NCBI GenBank assembly: GCA_963514005.1
Contig: OY740795.1
Location: 558,001 to 622,000 of the forward strand
Source of the DNA: Raja brachyura
Taxonomy: Eukaryota
Reading direction: 5' to 3'
DNA: 64,000 nucleotides
The notes beneath the pieces are model-generated. The model searched no databases. It saw nothing but the letters and a program-made list of their open reading frames with translations, and was not told the origin of the DNA. The position numbers were made by a program, and so were the translations under genes. Positions 40,150-55,335 of this stretch are shown one piece after another. Position 1 is the stretch's first letter. The number at the start of each line of letters is the position of its first letter.

Positions 40150-41790
40150 AACCTATGAGATTCAAAGAGGAGGAAGTACTGACACCTTTGAAAAATATAA
40201 AAGTGGATAAGTCTCCAGGTTCAGACAGGATATTCCCTAGGACATTGAAGGAAGTTAGTGTAGAAATAGCAGGGGCTATGACAGAAATATTTCAAATGTC
40301 ATTAGAAACGGGAATAGTGCCAGAGGTTTGGCGTACTGCGCATGTTATTCCATTGTTTAAAAAGGGTTCAAAGAATAAACCTAGCAATTATAGGCCTGTT
40401 AGTTTGACGTCAGTGGTGGGCAAATTAATGGAAAGGATATTTAGAGATAATATATATAAGCATCTGGATAAACAGGGTCTGATCAAGAACAATCAACATG
40501 GATTTGTGCCTGGAAGGTCATGTTTGACAAACCTTCTTGATATTTTTGAAGAGGTTGCTAGGGAAATTGATCAGGGTGAAGCAGTGGATGATGTCTATAT
40601 GGACTTCAGCCTTTGACAAGGTTCCCCATGGGAGGTTGATTAAGAAGGTTCAATGTTTGGGTGTTAATGGCGGAGGAGCAAGATGGATTCAACAGTGGAT
40701 GAATGGGAGATGCCAGAGAGTAATGGTGGATGGCTGTTTGTCAGGTTGGAAGCCGATGACCAGCGGGGTGCCTCAGGGATCTGCATTGGGTCCACTGTTG
40801 TTTGTCATGTACATCAATGATCTAGATGATGGGGTTGCAAATTGGATAAGTAAGTATGCAGATGATACTAAGATAGGTGGTGCTGTGGATAATGAAGTGG
40901 ACTTTCAAAGTCTACAGAGAGATTTGGGCCATTTGGAAGAGTGGGCTGAAAGATGGCAGATAGAGTTTGATGCTGATAAGTGTGAGGTGCTACATCTTGG
41001 CAGGACAAATCAAAATAGGACGTACATGGTAAATAGTAGGGAATTGGGGAATGCTGTGGAACAGAGGGATCTAGTAATAACTGTGCATAGTTCCATGAAG
41101 GTGGAATCGTATGTAGATAGGGTGGTAAAGGAAGCTTTTGGTGTGCTGGCCTTTATAAATCAGAGCATTGAATATAGGACTAGGGAAGTAATGTTAAAAT
41201 TGTAGAAGGCATTGGTGAGACCAATTCTGGAGTATGGTGTACAATTTTGGTCGCCTAATTATAGGAAGGGTGTCAACAAAATAGAGAGAGTACAGAGGAG
41301 ATTTACTAGAATGTTGCCTGGGTTCCAGCAACTAAGTTACAGAGAATGGTTGAACAAGTTAGCTCTTTATTATTTGGAGCGCAGAAGGTTAAGGGGGGAC
41401 TTGATTGAGGTCTTTAAAATGATGAAAGGGATAGACAGAATTGACGTGGATAAGCTTTTCCCATTGAGGGTAGGGAAGATTCAAACAAGAGGGCATGACA
41501 TGAGAATTAAGGGACAGAAGTTTAGGGGTAACATGAGGGGGATCTTCTTTACTCAGAGAGTGGTGGCTGTGTGGAATGAGTTTCCTGCAGAAGTGGTGGA
41601 GGCAGGATCGATTTTAACATTTAAAAGTAAAGTGGATAGGTGTATGGACGGGAAGGGAATGGAGGGGTATGGTCTGCGTGCAGGTAGATGGGACTAGGGG
41701 AAAATAAATGGTCGGCACGGACTGGAAGGGCCGAGAAGGCCTGTTTCCGTGCTGTAATTGTTATATGGTTATATGGTTATCTGGTTATAT
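40150..41790 (+). mobile_element. CR1-type LINE, 5'-truncated ORF2 and 3' tail
   Basis: RT motifs GVPQGSALGP, YADDTK; (TATATGGT)n-like tail; same subfamily as 3990-5785. Confidence 0.93.
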
Positions 41791-42282
41791 GGTGTTAGAC
41801 GACGGTAAACTAACGAACAAACGGCAATCATTCCCGTTCAACGGACAAACTGAGATGAGTGCCACTGGATTCTATTTCCCGGCAATAGAATTGTTCATCA
41901 CTTTATTGATGCCACAGTTTCCATTATTGTATCGACATTAGCTTTGATAATACTCAACATTCATCATAATTGAATTCATAATTACGTAACTTCCTGTTGA
42001 CAGATCAATTCCCTCAGCCCACACACTGCTAGAATTGGCGCACCAGATGCATGCTCGACGGGTAGATACGCCCACAAAACAGGCAAAAATCAAGTTTCGT
42101 CTTAAACTCCGTCACTCGTGCACTCACCACGTAGTCAGTTAAATCCGGGACACCGCCCTAAGCACGTGAACCAGATCACAGAAGGCGTTTCACTTCAGTC
42201 CTTTGGAACAATTTCCAAGACCCGTCGAGGGCCACTGTTTCGATCTCCCGTTTACACAACCACTCGGTGCTTGAGCGAAAAG

Positions 42283-43728
42283 ATGGAGATCGTCATTCTG
42301 CTTACACTCATTGTATGTTTCCTCGGTGAGTAGCTCGCAGAGGAGCATAGGATAAAGAAATAACATTTCCCTGATGAGTTCCCGATTGATTATTGGTTCT
42401 GTATAATTTTAGTGAGCTAAACGGCCGGGGCCCACGGATGACCCGAGTGACGTCTCCATGTTGTGTTTAAAGTTGGTAACGTAGCAGAGGCCAAGTTCCA
42501 CCTCGCAGACTAATCAATATAAGCATTTCGCATTTGCTTGACCATTCTCCCGCCACCCCCCCCCCCCCCCCCCCCCCCCCACTGTAACACTATATCCGAG
42601 CATACACTCCCTGAAGGACATTGTCCTGTGCTGGAGTGTTGTAGTGAAGGGGTCCAACTCTAGTATTGTCTGCCAATATTGTGCAGATATACCTTCATGT
42701 GATTCTGCTGTAGTACAATGCGATGATAAAGAAGTTATTGGGACCCTCTGTGGGTAAGACACTTGAATTGACCACATTACATGTTTATGTAGGAAAGAAC
42801 TGCAGATGCTGCCTTAAATTACCTGCTTAAGCTATGTATTGTGTTTATTTATCGCCTACACTGTCGGACAGTGAGAAGCTTTGTTTTGCAAATTACCAAA
42901 TCAAATCAGATAATAAATAAATACGATCAAGGTCAACTTAAGTACCATAGATCGAGCAAAGTGAAAGATGCGGTGTGCAAAATATTATTCTCAGCATTGC
43001 AGTGCACGAGTTCCATGGACAAAGTCCAATGTATGTAATGTGTAACTGTACATTGGACAGTACCCAAGTGTTTAGTAGGACCGCTCAGAATCCTGATAAC
43101 AGGGCAGGAGAAACTGTTCCTCAGTCTGCTGGTGCGCGCTCCCAAACTTCTGTATCTTATGCCCGGCGGGGGCGGGGAGATGAAGGAATCAACAGGGAGT
43201 GAGACATCTTTGATTATTTTGACCGATTTTCCAAGACATCGTAAAGTGCTCATGGAGCCCGACAAGTGACCCGGGGCCTATTCCTCCAGAGTGGTGTTTC
43301 TTCCAAATTAACGAACATAAAACATTTTTTGAGGGTCACTTTTAATCAATGGTCCTTTTATTGTTTCTAAACCCGGTCATAGGTCGGAGTGCTGGAAATT
43401 CGGTAAGTCAGCCGCAATCATCAGAAAAAAAGATAGAAGGCGAAGGGGTGATGCTTTCATGCAGCTACAACACTGCAGAAAGCACCTATTCTTTGTACTG
43501 GTACAGAAAACAGGCGGAGAATGAACCTGTGTTTATTGTGCGGCAGAAGTCTTGGAGAGGAGAAGAGAGAGGAGAGGGATTCGGGACACGTTTCTTTTCG
43601 GATCTGAACACCAAGACGAAGTGGAATAATCTAATGGTCACCGGGTTGCAACTGACCGACTCTGCCCTGTATTACTGCGCTTTCGAAGGCACAGCGATGG
43701 AAAGTAGCTTCATACCAGTACGAAAACT
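42283..43728 (+). CDS. TCR alpha/delta V segment V5 (leader 42283-42325, V exon 43383-43689, 23-RSS 43690-43728)
   Basis: Leader MEIVILLTLIVCFL with GTGAG donor; NSVSQP...MLSCSY...YWYRKQ...TDSALYYCAFEG; CACAGCG + 23 + ACGAAAACT. Intron about 1 kb, apparently expanded by repeats. Confidence 0.9.
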
Positions 43729-44829
43729 CCAATTGCCTGTGGTTCAGAACACCTGCCTGTTGCAGGCTTTGTGAACACATGCCAAGTGCCACCGCAACGC
43801 TCAGGCACACGCCGACAGGAAACCGTGGGTACTTCGGTTTAAACTGTCAGCAACCGTTCCCATTAGCACCGTAGCCATGAAGCCAATTCAAAATCGTGGA
43901 CATTGTTGCAAGATTCACCAGGGTATCTTTACGCAAATTTCATGAAAAAACAAAAGCATCAATTAAGCATCGATGGCAGATGTCGAGAAAATAATCTATG
44001 TAAAAGCAATCCACGTTTACGTCCAACAGTCAATCCATGTGCGTGCCGAACGTACTACAGTCCCCATATCTACTCACTGCATCCGGTGGAGCGTTTGTAC
44101 AAGAATGCAGGGTGGGACGGCTGCTGCGATTTGCACAGCAGGTTAGTGTCAACGTGGAAGCATAGCCGTGGCAGTTTTATTAAACACCGGAGATGGTTTA
44201 AAACATTCCAATATAATTGAACCAGAGTCGAAGCAGATCAGGACATTCCGACGTGTACAGACATTTTCGGCACCAGCATCAGTCTGGCTACTTCCGCAAG
44301 ACTAAATACAGAAGCAGTCCATAACTGTGTGCCATTTTAATTCAGCATCCCATTCCAACATGAATGCCTCCGGATTCCTCCAATGTCAATGTGAAGCCAA
44401 ACTCAAACTAATGGAACATCCCACTGGGATGGACACAAAAAGCTGGGTACAAGTAGCATCTCTGGAAATAAGGAATTAGTGACGTTTCTGATCGAGACCC
44501 TTCTTCAGACGATCCCCCCCGGATAGTTTATATCAGCAACGTAAAGATTTAACTCTCCAATATCATGTAACACGCTTCCCCTCTCGCCCTTTCTCTTTCT
44601 TTCTTATGTATTCAGGTTGTCTCATACAATTTATTCCGAAAATCCCGTTTCTAACACACGATTCCTACTCCTACCGGCACCCCACTGGGCCCCTATCCAG
44701 TCTATTCCTGTGCGTCACGATCACGATCTTACTTAATTCCACTTTTAATTTCTCATCAGATTTGATCACCTGCAGCCTTCGGAAGTCTCCACTTAAACCT
44801 TACGATTCGCTGCCCACACTATTCACAAG

Positions 44830-47150
44830 TTCCCACGTTCACAAGTTATAGTAGAAATAGTCCATTCGGCTCACCGAATCTACTCCACCATTCAACCATG
44901 GCCTGCCTCCAAATCCTAGTTTATTGCCTTCTCCCCATAACCCTTGACACCCGTTCTAATCAAGAAATTGTCTGACTTCAGCAAATATTCAGCGACTTGG
45001 TATCCACAGCCCCCTGTGGCAATGGGTTCCAGAGATGAATTACCCTCTGACTAAAGAAGTTTCTCCTCACATCATTTCCAAAAGAGCGCCCTTTAATTCT
45101 GAGACGATGTCATCTAGTCCCAAGACTCCCCCAACTGTGGAAACCTCCTTTCCACATCCAATCTATCTATGCTTTTCATTATTCTTCAATTTTCGATGAC
45201 CCACCTCAACCTTCTAAACTCCAGCGAGTAGAGGCCCAGTGCTCTCAGACGAGCATTATATGCTAACCCTCTTATTCAATATACCACAAGGAATAGACTA
45301 AAGCCAATAGTTGTAGGAGTAGGCCATTCGACCCTTCGAGCCAGCACGGCCATTCAATGAGATCATGGCTGATCACCCACAATCAGTACCCCGTTCCTGC
45401 CTTCGCCCCATATCCATTGACTCCGCTATCTTTAAGAGCTCTATCTAACTCTCTCTTGAAAGCATCAAGAGAATTGGCCTCCATTACGTTCTGAGGCAGA
45501 TAATTCAACTGATTCGGTGAAAACGTTTTTTCGCGTCTCCCTTCTAAATGGCCAACCCATAATTCTCAAATTGTGGCCCCTGGTTCTGGACTTCCCCAAC
45601 ATCGGGAACATGTTTCCTGCCTCCATCGTGTCCAGTCCCTTAATGATCTTATATGTTTCATAAGATCCCCTCACATCCTTCTAAATTACATCGTATACAA
45701 GTCCAGCCGGCCATTCTTTCAACGAAAGAAAGTCCCTCCATCCCGGGAATTACCCTCGTAAATCTACGCTGCACTCCCTCAAGAGCAAGAATGGCGAACA
45801 AAACTCCAGGCGAGTACCCCAGGCGTGTTCTCACTAGGGGCCTGTGGAACTACAGAAGGACCTCGTTGCTCCTATACTCAACTCCTCTTGTTCTGATGGC
45901 CAACTTGCCATTAGCTTTCTTCACTGACTGCTGAACCTGCATGCTTACTTTCAGCGACTAATAAACAAGGACACCAAGATCTCGTTGTACCTCCCCATTT
46001 CCTAATTTGACACCGTTCAGGAAATAATCTGCTTTCCTGTTCTTGCCAGCAAAGTGGATAATCTCACATGTATCCACATTAAGCTTCATCTGCCATGCAT
46101 CTGCCCGCTCATCCAAGCTGTCCAAGTCACCTTGCATCATCATAACATCCTCCTCACATTTCACACTGTCACCCAGCCTTGTGCCATCTCCAAATTTGAT
46201 AATATTACTTTTAATCCCTTCATCTAAATCATGAATTTACATTTTAAATAGCTGTGGTCCCATCACCGAGCCTTGCGGTACCCAACTAGTCACTGCATCC
46301 CTTTCTGCAGGGAACCCATTAATCCCTGCTCATTGTTTTCGGTCTAACAACCAATTTTATATCCATTTCAGTACCCTACCCCCAATACCATGTGCTCTAA
46401 TTTTGTCCACTAATCTCCTATGTGACTACGTATCAAAAGCTGTCTGAAAGTCCAGGTCATATTTCTACTCGCTCTCACTTGTCCATTTTCCTAGTTACAT
46501 CCTCAAAAAATTCAAGAAGATTAGTCAAGCAAATTCAAGAAGATTAGTCAAGCATGATTTCCCCATCGTAAATCAATGCTGATTCAGAACGAATTTGTTA
46601 CTGCTCTCCAAGTGTGCCACTATTTAATATTGTATAATTGAATCTAATATATAGTATAACATACAATATAACTGAATATAATTATAACCTTTTATAACTT
46701 TTTCCCCACCACCGATGTTAGGCTAACTGGTGTATAATTCCCTGTTTCCCTCTCCTTCCATTCTTAAACAGTGTGATATCAATAGCCTCCAAGCCACAGT
46801 AGCTGATGCTTAATATATAGAACATTGGGAAATGATCACCAATGCGTCCACGATTTCTCAAGCCACTTCCTTGCATGCCCTGGGATGCAGACAATCAGGC
46901 CGTGTGGATGTCAGCCTTCTGTCCCACGAGTCTACCCAACACCATTTCCTGCCTAATGTGGATTTCCTTCGGTTCTTCCATTACCCATGATCCTCTGGCT
47001 AGTACATCAGGAAGATTGCTTGTGTCCTCCATAGTGAAGACGGATCCATAGTTCCTGTTCAACTCATCTGCAATTTCCTTGTTCCCCCATAATAAATTCA
47101 CACTGTTCAGTCTTCAAGGATACAACTTTGGTCTTACCTATTTTTTCCTA
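44830..47150 (-). mobile_element. Decayed CR1-type LINE fragments
   Basis: Minus-strand WQMKLNVDTCEIIHF, TRGHNLRI, ELNRNYGSVFT motifs. Confidence 0.8.
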
Positions 47151-47211
47151 CGCAGGGGCTCAGGGAGAACCCTCGGCACCGCTGATATGGACAGAAAATA
47201 CTAGCTCTCAC

Positions 47212-50200
47212 CTATTTCAAAATCATATCAATTTGATAATTTTCGGTCGTGGAATGTAAGACAGAGACTATCTGTAATGCGTAAGATTTGAACCATGTTT
47301 TAATTAGTTTGAATGGGAATTGAACAGCACTCTTCAATTGTCTTCTGAACTTAATCTGCGTCCCCGCGTAAATGCAGGAGTTGGTACAAGAACTGAGAAG
47401 CTCCAGCATGTATCCGCTTTCCTGTAGGATAAACTTTGGATCAGCAGAATTGGAGCCGCTGGCATAGTTATTGCTGGTCAATTGCACAAATAGAAAATTC
47501 ACGACATACGTCAATCGCAACAGGAGAAAACTACCCGATATCGCCATGAGTAAAATAATAGACTTTCTCCTGTTCTCCATCTCCGTGTCATTCTGTCGGT
47601 CTCCATTGCTCTGGGCTCGGAGCCTCCTACGGGCTTTATTCGCCGTTAGGATGTATCTGATCGTCAGAACATTGAGTAGAAAAATGAGAAGGAACGGAAC
47701 ACATGGGTTTAACATCCGGTGCAGCCAGTCGTAAACCGTCCATGCAATGGAAGAGTAGTACATTTCGTTTATCGTGCAGAACCAGGGCACGTTATCAACC
47801 ACGTACACTGGCTCGTATATAAAGTAAGAAGGGACGTTTTTGAAACAACCCACCGCACAGACAGTTGCAATAACGGCAGCCGCGGTTTTTTCCGTGCAAT
47901 ATCTGAGCTTCCGTCGGTGACAGCAAATGGCGATGAATCGATCGAAGGTGAAGGCGACGGTCAACCAAACAGACGTGTCCTTGGATGCCCAGCTGAGGAG
48001 AATAATAAGTTTGCAGGCGGGAATTGTGGACAAAAAACTAACAGGGAAATAAATAGCACGTAGCCGACTCAGTATCACTGCGGTGATAACAACGAGGAGA
48101 TCCGTCACCGCCATGAACACAAGGTAGCGGGTGATACACTTCGTGAGGCCGCATCTTCCTTGCGCCAGGATCACAATGGTCAACGCGTTCGCTGTGTGAG
48201 AGAGATGGAGAGATAGATAATCCAGTAACGAAAATAACGTCTGCCTGTTATATCAACATGTTTGGAAGGCGACTATGCATTCGTATCCTTCACTGCTGAT
48301 ACCGCGATCGAAACACATTCGTTTAACGACGGACGTTTGTTCCATTTCGCTTTAAAATTACTCTCAAATAACAGAGAGAAAGAAATAAGGCTTAAAAGAA
48401 AATTAAGGCGTCGAATTTCAAAACGAACAATATTGGCAATAATGTGCAGGAAGGAATTGCAGATGCTGGTTTAAACCGAAGGAAGACACAACATGCTGGA
48501 ACTACTCTGCGGGACAGGCAGCATCTCTGGAGTGGAATTCCAGAGATGCTGCCTGTTCTGCTGAGTTACTACAGCATTTTGTGTCAAATATTGGCAATAA
48601 ACCTGGCGAGAGTTATAATCGCCTGCGAATGAAGTGAACTTCAAGTGAAGTTACAGAAGCTTACAAAACCACTCATAGTAGCATTAAAACAACACGTGGG
48701 GCTGAACATCAATGGCATTGTGAAGCGTATGATCTGAAAGGACACGACAGATCACGGGAGATCACATGTTCAAGAAGAAACTGCAGATGCTGGAAAATCG
48801 AAGCTAGACAAAAATGCTGGAGTAACTCAGCGGGTGAGGCAGCATCTATGGAACGAAGGAAATAGGCAACGTTTCGGGTCTGAAGAAGGGTTTCGGCCCG
48901 AAACGTTCCTATTTCCCTCGCTCCATAGATGCTGCCTCACCCCCTGAGTTTCTCCAGCATTTTTGTCGACAGGAGATCACATGATTGATTGCAGTGACGT
49001 TCATTCTCGTGGACGGACAGTAGGTTTTGCAAAGGTAATAAATCTTGAAAATTCTTCCGTGCGTAGTTATGCGGACGAGTGATGAATCGACACGGGGAAC
49101 GAACATGAAAATTGCACTGTATCCATGCAAACATTTTGCCAAAGGCAAGCGAGAAATCCCAGTGCTGCATTTCGTCTTGAGAAATGACAGATCGCTCAGT
49201 ACTCAGCAAATAGAGAAATATAGAAGCACGAAAGACAGTGAATAATTGCGCTCAATGCACGTTGCAATTGCATACGAGCACAAGAACGTTCACTCTCATA
49301 CAATAGCTGGAAAACAATTATGTTTCTGTCTCACTGTCGACCTTTACTGCCACACGATGATAAGAACGGAAATGAATTATCATGATAACCAATTATTGCC
49401 GAACATCAACGGCAGCATTATCGGTCTGAATATCAACAATAAAATGTAATTAATACAACATCTCTTCAAAAAGGAAACACCCGTGGAATGGGAACGGGGA
49501 AGGCAAGCACGCATATACAATTAAGGAAACGTAATGTTAGTGTCGGTTATTGGTTTAATATCTTTGCATTTATGGTTCAATATTATGCTTAATTTGTTTA
49601 TTACACGACATTGCCAAATCCAAAAGACAGATGCATATAATAAAAGTGGCAAAGCAGGACACTACCTCATGGAACCCTTCTGTAACCACGAAAAAAAATC
49701 GATCTGATCCAGGAAAGAAAACTAAATTAATGGTTTAATTCACAAGGCTCCGTGCTATTTGCAATCATAATTGCAATCAAGCCGTTCACGAAGTGCAGCT
49801 ACAGGATGAAGAGCATAACGGTTAGTGCAATATAAAGTCCAATAGTGTCCGATCAAAGGTAGAGTCCGATTAAAAATGCAGTCCAATTAATTATTGTGAC
49901 ATGATATATACCGTTATAGAAAAACAAGCAGGTTATTAGACAAATGCTGCGCTCTATGTTAGCTGATCAGCGGACAGTAGAGGAAATCAGCGTGGTCATA
50001 GAGTCATAGATTAATGCAGTGTGGAAACAGGCCCTTCGGCCCAACTCGCCCACAACGTCCAACAATGTCCCAGCAACTCGACTCCCACTTGATCGCGCTT
50101 GGCCCAAACATGTCCTATCCATGTACCTGTCCAACCTGTACCTGTTAAACGACTAGGTAGTTCCAGTCTCAACTACCTCCTCTGGGAGCTTGTTCCATAC

Positions 50201-51936
50201 ACCCACCACCCACTGTGTGAAAAAGTTGCCTCTCGGATTCCTAGTAAATATTTTCCCCTTCACCTTGAACCTATGTCATCTGGTCCTCGATTCCCCTACT
50301 CTGTCTAAAAGACTGTACACATACGCGGTCTATTCCTCTCATGATTTTATACACTTCTACACAATCTCCCCTCCTCGTCCTACGCTCTTTCGGATCGAGA
50401 CACAGCCTACTCAACCTCTCCCTGCAGCTCACACATTTTAGTCCTGGCAATATCCTCGTATATCCTTTCTGAACCCTTTCAAGCTTTACGATATATTTCC
50501 TATAACATCGTGCCCAGAGCTGAACACAATATTCTAAATGCCGTCTCACCAAAGTCGTATACAACTGCAACATAACATCCCAACTTCTATATTCAATACT
50601 CTGACTGATGAAAGCCAAAGGGCCAAAAGCTTTTTTGAACACCTTATCAACCTGCGACTCGACCTTCATGGAAGCATGCACTTGTGCTCCTAGATTCCAT
50701 TGCTCTATAACACTACCAGCCTATCATTTGCTTGTTCGACGTCGCAAAATGCAAAACCTCACACTTCTCTGTATTACATTGCATTAACCATTCCTCAGCC
50801 CACCTGGCCAATCGATCCAAATCCTGCTGCAATCGTTCACAACCATCTACACTAACTTGCTAATCTTACCCTTTATGTTCTCATCCAAATCATTGATGTA
50901 GATGACAAACAGTAACAGGGGCAACCCTGTGGCACACCACTAATCACAGGCCTCGTTTCTGAGAAGCAACCTTCCACCATCACCCTCTGCTTCCTCCCAT
51001 GGAGCCAATTTGCGATTCATTCAGCTATCTCTCCTTGGATGCCATAAGATCTAACCTTCCAGAGCAGCCTACCACGCTGTACATTGCCGAACGCCTTACT
51101 ATACTCCTTGTACACGACATGTACACTTACTGCCTTCATCGTTTTTGTTCGCATCTTCCTAAAACTAAAACAAATTTGTGAGACAGGGCCTCCCACGTAC
51201 AAATCCATGCTCACTGTCCCGAATCAGCCCTTGACATCCAAATGCCTGTATATCATATCCCTCCGAATACTCTCCAGTAATTTACCAACTACAGATGATA
51301 ATCCCACCGGCATATAGATCCCAACATTTTCCTTCCAGCCCTTCTACAAAAGAGGCACGACATTTGCCACCCTCCAATCCTCTGGCGCCTCTCCTGTATT
51401 TAAGGAAGATTCATAAATTTCAAGCAGCGCTCCCGCAATTTAATCTCTAGTTTCTCGCAAAGCCCTCGGATGCATCGGATCAGACCCCGGGTATTTGTCT
51501 ACCTTCAAATACGACAGTACCTTCAGTACTTCCTCGACGGTTACCCTGGCTGCTCTTCTAAATAGATCTGTAAATACTTAAGAAAAAGTTAAAATATGTT
51601 CATGGCTACTCGAGAAAATCGAAAGTTTTTAGTGGATGCTGAGCAAATAAAACAACGTAAAAGAGGTCAATATTCAAACAATGATATCTGGAGCATTATT
51701 GTGGCATGTATCGATTCCATATCAAGTCTTCAGGCATCACCGCGCAGGCCCAATGGTAGGCTGTGTACAATAGCCATGCCATGAAGAGTAAGGTGGCAAA
51801 ACATATAATTAACACGATGTTACATTTGCTGTTTTGGACTAATCGTCCTCAATCGCCAAACGTCACCTGGAACACCGAAAGCTGCAAGAGCAGAATAGTA
51901 AACTGCAAAAACCGGGCCGTTCCCAGGCGCGTGCAT
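47212..51936 (-). CDS. GPR139/GPR142-like GPCR, copy 3 (exon 1 51936-51867, exon 2 48191-47212)
   Basis: Exon 1 MHAPGNGPVFAVYYSALAAFGVP (70 nt, GTGAC donor); acceptor CTCACACAG; intact 7TM ORF with FDRFIAICC and SSCTNSCIY. Confidence 0.9.
49995..51560 (-). mobile_element. CR1-type LINE fragment in the GPCR copy 3 intron
   Basis: MKVESQVDKV...LEYCVQLW ORF and 3' tail. Confidence 0.8.
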
Positions 51937-52289
51937 TTTCCGTGTGAACGCAGTGCTGATCACTTGCACTCTGAAGCAAGCACCTTGCCCCATCTATTTA
52001 TGCCAGGCGGTCGTCCCTGGGGCGGCTGTTGCCATGGATCATATCTGTTGCTCGTCACAATTTTCCAAACAGATAGATTCTCGCTGTTTTTAATGCTGAT
52101 CCGAGTTAATCAACTAGAAAACTCTTAGTGCGATGATAACCGCATTTAAAGACGTTTTGGATATTTTAATGTATAAATGCAAATCATATGTGTACGAAGG
52201 AAGCAGGGCTGCTGGTTTAACCCGAAGATAGACACAACGAGCTGGAGTTACTCAGTGGGCAGGCAGTACGTTATCTTAGGTTAGTTTAG

Positions 52290-52607
52290 TTTGGAGATAC
52301 AGCGCGGAAACAGGCCCTTCGGCCCAACAGGTCTGCGCCGACCATCGATCCCTGCACATTAAGATACTACCACTATCCACCACCCAATAGGGACAATATT
52401 TACATTTACTAAGCCAATTAAAAAACAAACCTGTACGTTTTTGTGGTGATTGTGGAGGTAACCGATGATATCAGAGAAAATTCACGCCGCTCACGGGGAG
52501 AACATACTTTCTCCGTACAGACAGCAACCGTAGTCGGAATCGAACCTGGGTCACCGGCGCTGCATTCGATGTAAGGCAGCAACTCTACCACTGCGCCACC
52601 GTGACCA
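52290..52607 (-). mobile_element. tRNA-derived SINE
   Basis: Minus strand begins GGTCACGGTGGCGCAGTGGTAGAG (A box) ... GGTTCGATTCC (B box), followed by a non-tRNA body. Confidence 0.75.
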
Positions 52608-52779
52608 GCATCTTCTCTGGAGAGAAGGAGTGGGTGAGGTCGGGTGAGATCCTTCTTCAGCCGGACATTGTCTAATGTAAATCATATAATAACGTTAAGC
52701 ACAAATTCAGAAGATGTTGTGGACTACAATAAGGATTTCGGATGAAAGGCAAATATACTAGCGAAACTAAACCGGAAAT

Positions 52780-54838
52780 TAGTATTCATGTGCTGTTTAA
52801 TGTTATAACTAAATTTAGCACATTTTCTGGATATAGGATTAATTGGAACAAAAGTGATATTATGCCCATAACTGGAATAAATTTAAATATATTACAACAA
52901 TATCCACTAAAAATAGTCACAGATAAATTTAAATATTTAGGTATCAATGTATCTAAATCTTATAACTCATTAATTAAATCTAATTATCCTCAACTATTAG
53001 ATAAACTTAGAAAAAATATTTTATATTGGAAAACACTTCCTATATCTATGATTGGTAGAATAAATGCTATAAAGATGTTTTTTTAACCACAATTGTTATA
53101 TTTGTTTCAGGCTATTCCTTTTTTTCTCCCGAAAACTTGTTTTAAGAAAATTGATAATATTGTTAATAGTTTTATCTGGGACTATAAAAATCATAGAATA
53201 AGTAAAAAACATTTATGTAAATCTAAGATAAATGGAGGATTAGCACTCCCAAATTTCTTATATTATTTCTGGGCAGTCCAGATTAAGAATATGAATTTCT
53301 GGTGGGTAAATATGGATCATGAACCAATGTGGTTAAAGATGGAAAAGGAAGACTGTTTGCCTTTCAACGTAGGCTCGATTCTCTTTGCCCCAAAGGAAAT
53401 ACAAAAAAAAAAAATTAGGGACAACCCTATAATTTATAATAATGGACGCATTTGGAAACAAATAGTTAAGACTTTACACTTAGATAATTTTTCACTTAGA
53501 CTACCAATTACGAATAACCCATTATTTAAACCCTCTATATTAGATGGGGGGTTTAGACATTGGGACGATTTAGGAATTAAAAGGATAGAGCACCTTTATA
53601 GAAAAGGAAAATTTCTTTTATTTCAGGAGTTACAAGATATCTACGGATTGTCTTCACAACACTTGTTTAGGTACTTACAAATTAGAGATTATATTAAATC
53701 TAATACACAAGATTATACAAATAAAGAACCAGGAATATTAGATGAATTGTTTAATTTGCACGCAAATACAGAAAAATTAATAGCTTATATATATAACATT
53801 ATCCTGGATAAGGAGAATCCAACAACTGAAACATATCGACAAGCATGGGAAAATGAAATTGGATTATCTATAACAAAAGAAAATTGGGAAGAAAGTTTAC
53901 AACGAATACATCGGTGTTCGTTAAATGCTAGACACACATTGATACAATTTAAAGTATTATATAGATTACATTATTCGAAAAGTAAATTAAATAGTATTTT
54001 TCCTAATGTTTCCTCTATCTGTAATAAATGTAAGAATTTAGAAGCAAATTTAATACATAGTTTTGTTACATGCCCCAAATTGAATTATTACTGGACAGAA
54101 TTTTTTTAATTTATTTCTGAAGTTCTTAAAGTTAAACTGGACCCTGACCCAAAGTTAATAATATTTGGAATTCCGGATTCAAATTTGGTACTTACAGTAA
54201 ATCAAAGAAATTTCTTTGATTACTGTTTGATAATAGGGAAAAAATATATACTGAAATTTTGGAAGGGAACATTATCCCCCACAATTAAAATGTGGGCAGC
54301 AGAGATGTTGGATACTTTACATTTAGAAAGAATTAGATTTGTCCTATTGGACAAATATAATTCCTTCGAACAGACATGGTCTCCATATGTACAGTATTTA
54401 GAGAAGTAGCTGTTCTTGGCATCACGGCTCGACAGGTACCCTACGGGATTTGAAGAAAATAATTCATTTTCACACTAGTGTTAATATGCATGTCTCTATT
54501 GATATTATCATTGGTAACAGTTTCATTTACAATATATTTTGTTGTTTTTCGTTTATGTATATATATATATATATATATAATATTTTACCGTTTGGTTTGT
54601 GGTTTTTCTTTTTTTTTCTTTTTCTTTTTTCTTACATATAATCAAATCATTATTTAATCACATCTTTATTGATTTATAACTGTTCTATTCTTTTTCTGTC
54701 TTTATTTCCAAAAAAAATAGATAATAACTATCAATGTGTTATTTGTATAAATATTGAATTAAGTTGATGCTTGTAAATTTGTTTTAAACATTGTAAATTG
54801 GTTACTTCTGATAAAAAAAATAAAAAAAAATAAACTAA
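52780..54838 (+). mobile_element. L1/Tx1-type LINE, 3' part of ORF2 with A-rich tail
   Basis: SGYRINWNKS, KYLGI, GRINAIKM, GGLALPNF motifs; Cys/His knuckle CNKC...HSFVTC; A-rich end near 54810-54838. Confidence 0.88.
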
Positions 54839-54959
54839 ACCTTGTTGGGTGTAAAAAGACGCGGAGGTGCTCTTACTAAATTGGTTTAAGAGTCAAAACG
54901 TAAAGGTGAGCAGTTGTTTATCGGAGAGGAGGGAAGTTTTGAGTGCCGCCACCTTTAGT

Positions 54960-55335
54960 GTTGTGTTAAGGGGTTGGACAGGCTAGATGCAGGAAGATTG
55001 TTCCCGATGTTGGGAAAGTCCAGAACAAGGGGTCACTGTTTAAGGATAAGGGGGAAGTCTTTTATGACCGAGATGAGAAAATTATTTTTCACACAGAGAG
55101 TGGTGAATCTGTGGAATTCTCTGCCACAGGAGGTGGTTGAGGCCAGTTCAATGGCTATATTTAAGAGGGAGTTAGATGTGGCCCTTGTGGCTGAATAGAT
55201 CAGGGGGCATGGAGAGAAGGCAGGTACAGGATATTGAGTTGGATGATCAGCCATGATCATATTGAATGGCGGTGTAGGCTCGAAGGGCCGAATGGCCTCT
55301 ACTCCTGCACCTATTTTCTATGTTTCTATGTTTCT
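54960..55335 (+). mobile_element. CR1-type LINE 3' end
   Basis: TRGHCLRI...FFTQRVVNLWNSLP; (TTTCTATG)n tail. Confidence 0.85.

Noticed and set aside
52540-52607. tRNA gene
   Set aside because: A/B boxes continue into a SINE body and tail; no complete cloverleaf.
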